DNA of 20,783 nucleotides from an archaeon (GTDB lineage Archaea; Asgardarchaeota; Thorarchaeia; Thorarchaeales; Thorarchaeaceae): NCBI GenBank assembly GCA_024275415.1, contig JAJRZD010000095.1, positions 1 to 20,783 of the forward strand, read 5' to 3'. Shown piece by piece: positions 17,523 to 20,783 of this stretch (position 1 is its first letter; each line of letters starts with the position of its first letter). The notes under the pieces were generated by a model. It saw only the letters and a program-made list of their open reading frames with translations, ran no database searches and was not told where the DNA came from. The position numbers and the translations under genes were made by a program.

Positions 17523-17650
17523 AACGTCATCTCCTTGGTGTCAGCAAGGTGCGGACAAGTGTCTGCGTACAGGGTCGAACAATGCGCATCTCCTAAAAGG
17601 CTTATGGGCAAATCCGGCTGACCATTGTATAGATTTAACAGGTGGAGGGC

Positions 17651-17664
17651 GAGCCGAAAGGCTC
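17651..17664. terminator. Short GC-rich hairpin just downstream of the 282-aa gene
   Basis: GAGCC-GAAA-GGCTC, 4 nt after the stop codon at 17669-17671. No U-tract. Confidence 0.3.
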
Positions 17665-17668
17665 ACCA

Positions 17669-18517
17669 TTAATATTTCTTGCCGATAAGCACTCCTACAA
17701 CAAGCCCTCCGATTCCAGCGACCGCTACTGCCAGTACAGCCACATTCACTGTTGGATCGAGAAGGGTGCCAGCACCACTTCCTCGTGCGAAGCTCTGACC
17801 TAGTGAGTGAGTAATCGTATGATTCTCATTCGATATGGAACTGACTTGCTGAAGCGACCAAGTCGACAGAACACCGTCCAGATCGAATTCTGCACTGAAA
17901 GTGATGGTAAGAGTGCCATTCATGTAATTGTATACAGAGTGTACCTGTTCTATACGAACCACAATCTTGAACGAAAAGGAGCCGCCACCGATGGAGTCTG
18001 TCACTTCCGTTACGCCGGGCTGGGCTTCTGCATCAGAGATGGCACTGTTCCAATCAGCGTTGTGAGTGCTCCATACGGGATTCACAAAAAACATGTTTCC
18101 GGGGAGGTGCTCGTTGAAATATGGATACGTGGTGAACTCATAGTCATCAACAATCCCATTCTCATCGGCATCAGAGGTATCAATATTGAAGTAGACCTTG
18201 TTATCTTGGAATGCAACGGAATCGTTCTGTTCATCATAGTATGGTATGAATCTATAGCGGTTGTAGTTCATTCCTGCAAAGGAGTACTCGTAGCGGTCGC
18301 TTGAAGTGATATTATGGACTGTCACATGGAAGTCCCCTTTGAACACTTCATCTAAGACCACAGCTCCATCGACTTGATATTCCTGAGTGAACCATATTGC
18401 TGTGAAGTCATAGGTGTTGCCTGTGATGTCCGCCTGCACAATAGCCGGAGCAATGCCTATGATTAGCAGAAAAGAGGCAAATATTCCAAGTAGACACCTT
18501 CGTGGCATCATCATCAT
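17669..18517 (-). CDS. Hypothetical cell-surface glycoprotein: signal peptide, beta-rich domain with a Ca-binding-type loop, C-terminal TM anchor
   Basis: Signal peptide ending AIVQA|D; sequons NIT, NDS, NGT, NHT; loop DADENGIVDDYE; C-terminal VAVLAVAVAGIGGLVVGVLIG-KKY. The start is uncertain within the (ATG)4 run. Confidence 0.85.
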   Translation of the reverse strand: MMMMPRRCLLGIFASFLLIIGIAPAIVQADITGNTYDFTAIWFTQEYQVDGAVVLDEVFKGDFHVTVHNITSSDRYEYSFAGMNYNRYRFIPYYDEQNDSVAFQDNKVYFNIDTSDADENGIVDDYEFTTYPYFNEHLPGNMFFVNPVWSTHNADWNSAISDAEAQPGVTEVTDSIGGGSFSFKIVVRIEQVHSVYNYMNGTLTITFSAEFDLDGVLSTWSLQQVSSISNENHTITHSLGQSFARGSGAGTLLDPTVNVAVLAVAVAGIGGLVVGVLIGKKY

Positions 18518-18562
18518 TCATCATCAATATCGGATGTAAGTATACCCCCTAAAAAACTGTGC

Positions 18563-19450
18563 TCATCCCAATGCGATTCCAGATCGTGATGCCTCGGAAT
18601 CATGATGAGCAGGCTCCTCATGCATCTTCTTGTCTATCTTTCGTACCCAATAGAACACCATGACAAAAACCGCAACCACTGATCCAATCAGTCCCACGGT
18701 CAGGAGGGCAAGAGGGACAAAACGACTCAAGGTCATCTTGATGATGGTCCCTTCAACTGTGACTGGGTAATCATCAGTGATGGTGACGATGCTCTCGGTT
18801 GTCCATCCCTCCTCAGTCTGGGTGAAGTTGGCACCGATGGTGATCAGCCGAGGACCGCACAGGAAAGAGGTGCCATCAGCAAAGTAGATGGTGAGGTTCT
18901 CGAACTCGAGGATGTCCCCTGCGAAGACCACGTCAGATGCATTATAAGGAGGGCGGTCATTCGGGGTGTGACTAGTGTAGAGCCCAAATCTGAATGTAGT
19001 GGTCCAAGCTGGTCTAGGACGCCAGCTTGTCCAACCCGGAGTCCTATTCACCCAGTAATCTGAATATGTGCCATCACTGTAATAGAGGAAAGGGTATTCT
19101 CTCATTTCACCCCATCCAATACCTAGAATTGCTGAGAAGCCAAATACATTCTTGACTAAGAGGAACTCTTGTCGAAAGCCAATGCTAATGTCGCCGTCGG
19201 GAGGAGGGAGAAAGTAATTGAATTCAAATGTGAGAGTTGCATTGACAACTTGCCCAAGAAGCCAGTCACTGAGAAGAATGGTGAAGGAGGAGTAGGGCAA
19301 TATGCTCTCGTTTTGAGCTTGAGATGTAGAGGTATAGCCTTTGGGTTTGTTTTCTACACTTGGATCGAGCTGGTAATTACATACGGGTACAACTAAGATG
19401 CCATTGACAAGAATGGTAAATATAAGGAAGCAACGCACTGCATTCTTCAT
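18563..19450 (-). CDS. Hypothetical single-pass cell-surface protein
   Basis: Signal-like N-terminus MKNAVRCFLIFTILVNGILVVPVC (ATG 19450 after GGAGAG; the ORF track starts at 19498). Aromatic, beta-rich body with six sequons (NES, NAT, NRT, NAS, NLT, NFT). C-terminal TM FVPLALLTVGLIGSVVAVFVMVFYWV followed by a basic/His tail. Confidence 0.82.
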   Translation of the reverse strand: MKNAVRCFLIFTILVNGILVVPVCNYQLDPSVENKPKGYTSTSQAQNESILPYSSFTILLSDWLLGQVVNATLTFEFNYFLPPPDGDISIGFRQEFLLVKNVFGFSAILGIGWGEMREYPFLYYSDGTYSDYWVNRTPGWTSWRPRPAWTTTFRFGLYTSHTPNDRPPYNASDVVFAGDILEFENLTIYFADGTSFLCGPRLITIGANFTQTEEGWTTESIVTITDDYPVTVEGTIIKMTLSRFVPLALLTVGLIGSVVAVFVMVFYWVRKIDKKMHEEPAHHDSEASRSGIALG

Positions 19451-19544
19451 CTTATTTGATGCTCTCCTGCAAGTCATTTGCATGTAATGAGTATCCACAC
19501 CAGTCCACTGACAAGGTCGCGCTTATTCACGATGTGTCCCTCCG

Positions 19545-19967
19545 CTAATCATACAGCTTCAAATAGAGACTGCAAACCCAGCCTAGCAGCGTGCCAGTAT
19601 CCGCTCCCCATTCATAGAGCCACCATTCACGATAGTGACTTGTCGGATTGTGAAATTCAGAGACTGCCTCCGAACCTGCATACATTCCGGTAAGGTAACT
19701 GAAGCTTGCCACGGGCACACTGGACTTGTAGATACCCCATGCTTTATCAAGCTTCGCCCCTACCGAGATGCCAAATGTCGTTGAAGTGATTTCAGAGGAA
19801 GATTTATACTTCCTATCGCCTGCAAGAAGCGTCAGTGTGTCATCCGAAATACTCTTTGTCCTGTATGGGCTTGGATATGGTGAGTATAGACGGCCAGACA
19901 GACTCCTGAATTTCGTAGGATACCAGTATTCTCGCGTTTCACCTGTTGGAAGCCCCCAAAGAGTCGT
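19545..19967 (-). other. Unannotated in-frame continuation (140 codons plus TAG) of the 20699-19968 gene after an amber codon
   Basis: Hand translation in the same frame: TTLWGLPTGETREYWYPTKFRSLSGRLYSPYPSPYRTKSISDDTLTLLAGDRKYKSSSEITSTTFGISVGAKLDKAWGIYKSSVPVASFSYLTGMYAGSEAVSEFHNPTSHYREWWLYEWGADTGTLLGWVCSLYLKLYD*. No start codon occurs before codon 84. Confidence 0.8.
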
Positions 19968-20699
19968 CTACTGCCAGAAATCATATCCATAGTCAAACAT
20001 ATATTGTATTGTTCTGGTCTGAGCACTTGAAACGTAATAGTCTGTGATGCTGGATGATGTAAAATGCACTTCTCGTTCAACAGACAGTGATCCACCATTC
20101 ACTGATACAATGCTGACTGTGCCGGTAATCATCTTCAACCTAAGATGAGTTTCCAAAAAGGGCGCTGAGTAAATCTGTGCTATGTTAGTATAAACCTCTC
20201 GGATTGCTAGCTCAATATCATGAACCCAATATCCTAGAGGTCCGATAGGATCAGGTGTATCCTCAGGAATGGCACCGGGTGTTGACGTTTCAGACGCTTG
20301 CTTCTGATTGTCCAGCTGTGCCAACAGGCGTTCCACTCGTTCGACAGAGCCGTAGTGTTTTAGTAGCTCATCAAATGGGATGTGTCGCGTGCTTGTTCTG
20401 GTTCCATTCCTCTCGATGAAATGCACATCAACGCCCATCCCGTTCCTTTGATACTCGACCGATGGCAGATGTTCTGTGGCATTAAAGGGATCAATCGGTG
20501 TCCTGAATGCAGGCGCATTAGGATCATCTACCTGCGCGCCTACAATGTTTCTATGTTCATCATAGAAGAGAACAGCATTCTCAGGAAGAACATCGCCTGC
20601 TATGATGATAGGTGTGGCATGTGCTCGGAATGCAGGCAGAATCATGCATAGCCCTATCATAATAATAAATGAAGTCTTCCCTAATTTCGTTACATTCAT
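19968..20699 (-). CDS. Secreted hypothetical protein, N-terminal 243 aa (384 aa if the UAG is read through; otherwise truncated or a pseudogene)
   Basis: Ribosome-binding site GGAGAGG, signal peptide ending AFRAHA|TP, Pro/Thr linker (SETSTPGAIPEDTPDP), then a beta-rich domain cut by TAG at 19968-19970. Confidence 0.82.
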   Translation of the reverse strand: MNVTKLGKTSFIIMIGLCMILPAFRAHATPIIIAGDVLPENAVLFYDEHRNIVGAQVDDPNAPAFRTPIDPFNATEHLPSVEYQRNGMGVDVHFIERNGTRTSTRHIPFDELLKHYGSVERVERLLAQLDNQKQASETSTPGAIPEDTPDPIGPLGYWVHDIELAIREVYTNIAQIYSAPFLETHLRLKMITGTVSIVSVNGGSLSVEREVHFTSSSITDYYVSSAQTRTIQYMFDYGYDFWQ

Positions 20700-20783
20700 T
20701 GAATACCTCTCCTTTTGCGAAATATGCTGGATACGATATTACGAGTAATCAGTATCTCGGGCAAATCTGTACTATCGTGTTGC

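Noticed and set aside
17523-17668. T-box riboswitch upstream of valS
   Set aside because: No T-box consensus (TGGNACC) or antiterminator is visible, the space is too short, and T-boxes are a bacterial system.
15250-17688. Long plus-strand ORFs opposite valS (for example 15448-15993 and 16815-17369), and similar antisense ORFs over pepN and the dpp genes
   Set aside because: These are shadow ORFs on the antisense of well-supported genes, with no motifs or ribosome-binding sites.
18506-18524. (ATG)2-A-(ATG)4 run at the start of the 282-aa gene as a phase-variation tract
   Set aside because: Triplet unit changes keep the frame and an ATG is always available, so it only makes the start position ambiguous.
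19832-20098. 88-aa minus-strand ORF in another frame as a frameshift continuation of the secreted protein
   Set aside because: It is shorter and less protein-like than the 140-codon same-frame continuation, and no slippery site was seen.
1-20783. CRISPR arrays, IS elements, integrases
   Set aside because: No regularly spaced repeats, terminal inverted repeats with target duplications, or recombinase/transposase motifs were seen.

Overview
Archaeal chromosomal window. The 16S and gene content suggest an Asgard archaeon, possibly Thorarchaeia; this is an inference and no database search was run. Left to right: the 5' ~850 nt of a divergent 16S rRNA gene (minus strand, cut by the window edge) with its leader and promoter; an M1 aminopeptidase with HEAT repeats and a leucine-zipper tail; a secreted unknown protein; a complete Dpp/Opp-type ABC importer (A-B-C-D-F, minus); a divergent, overlapping pair of a duplicated 3-TM membrane protein and a winged-helix regulator; tRNA-Ala(CGC); GNAT, DUF302, SAM-methyltransferase and two tandem OsmC-family genes; valS (TTG start); and three co-oriented genes for unknown exported or surface proteins. 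The main surprise is in the last gene: it stops at a UAG (19968-19970), but the same frame stays open for another 140 codons that the ORF track missed, suggesting amber read-through (pyrrolysine?), a nonsense mutation or a sequencing error. No CRISPR array, integrase or transposase was seen.
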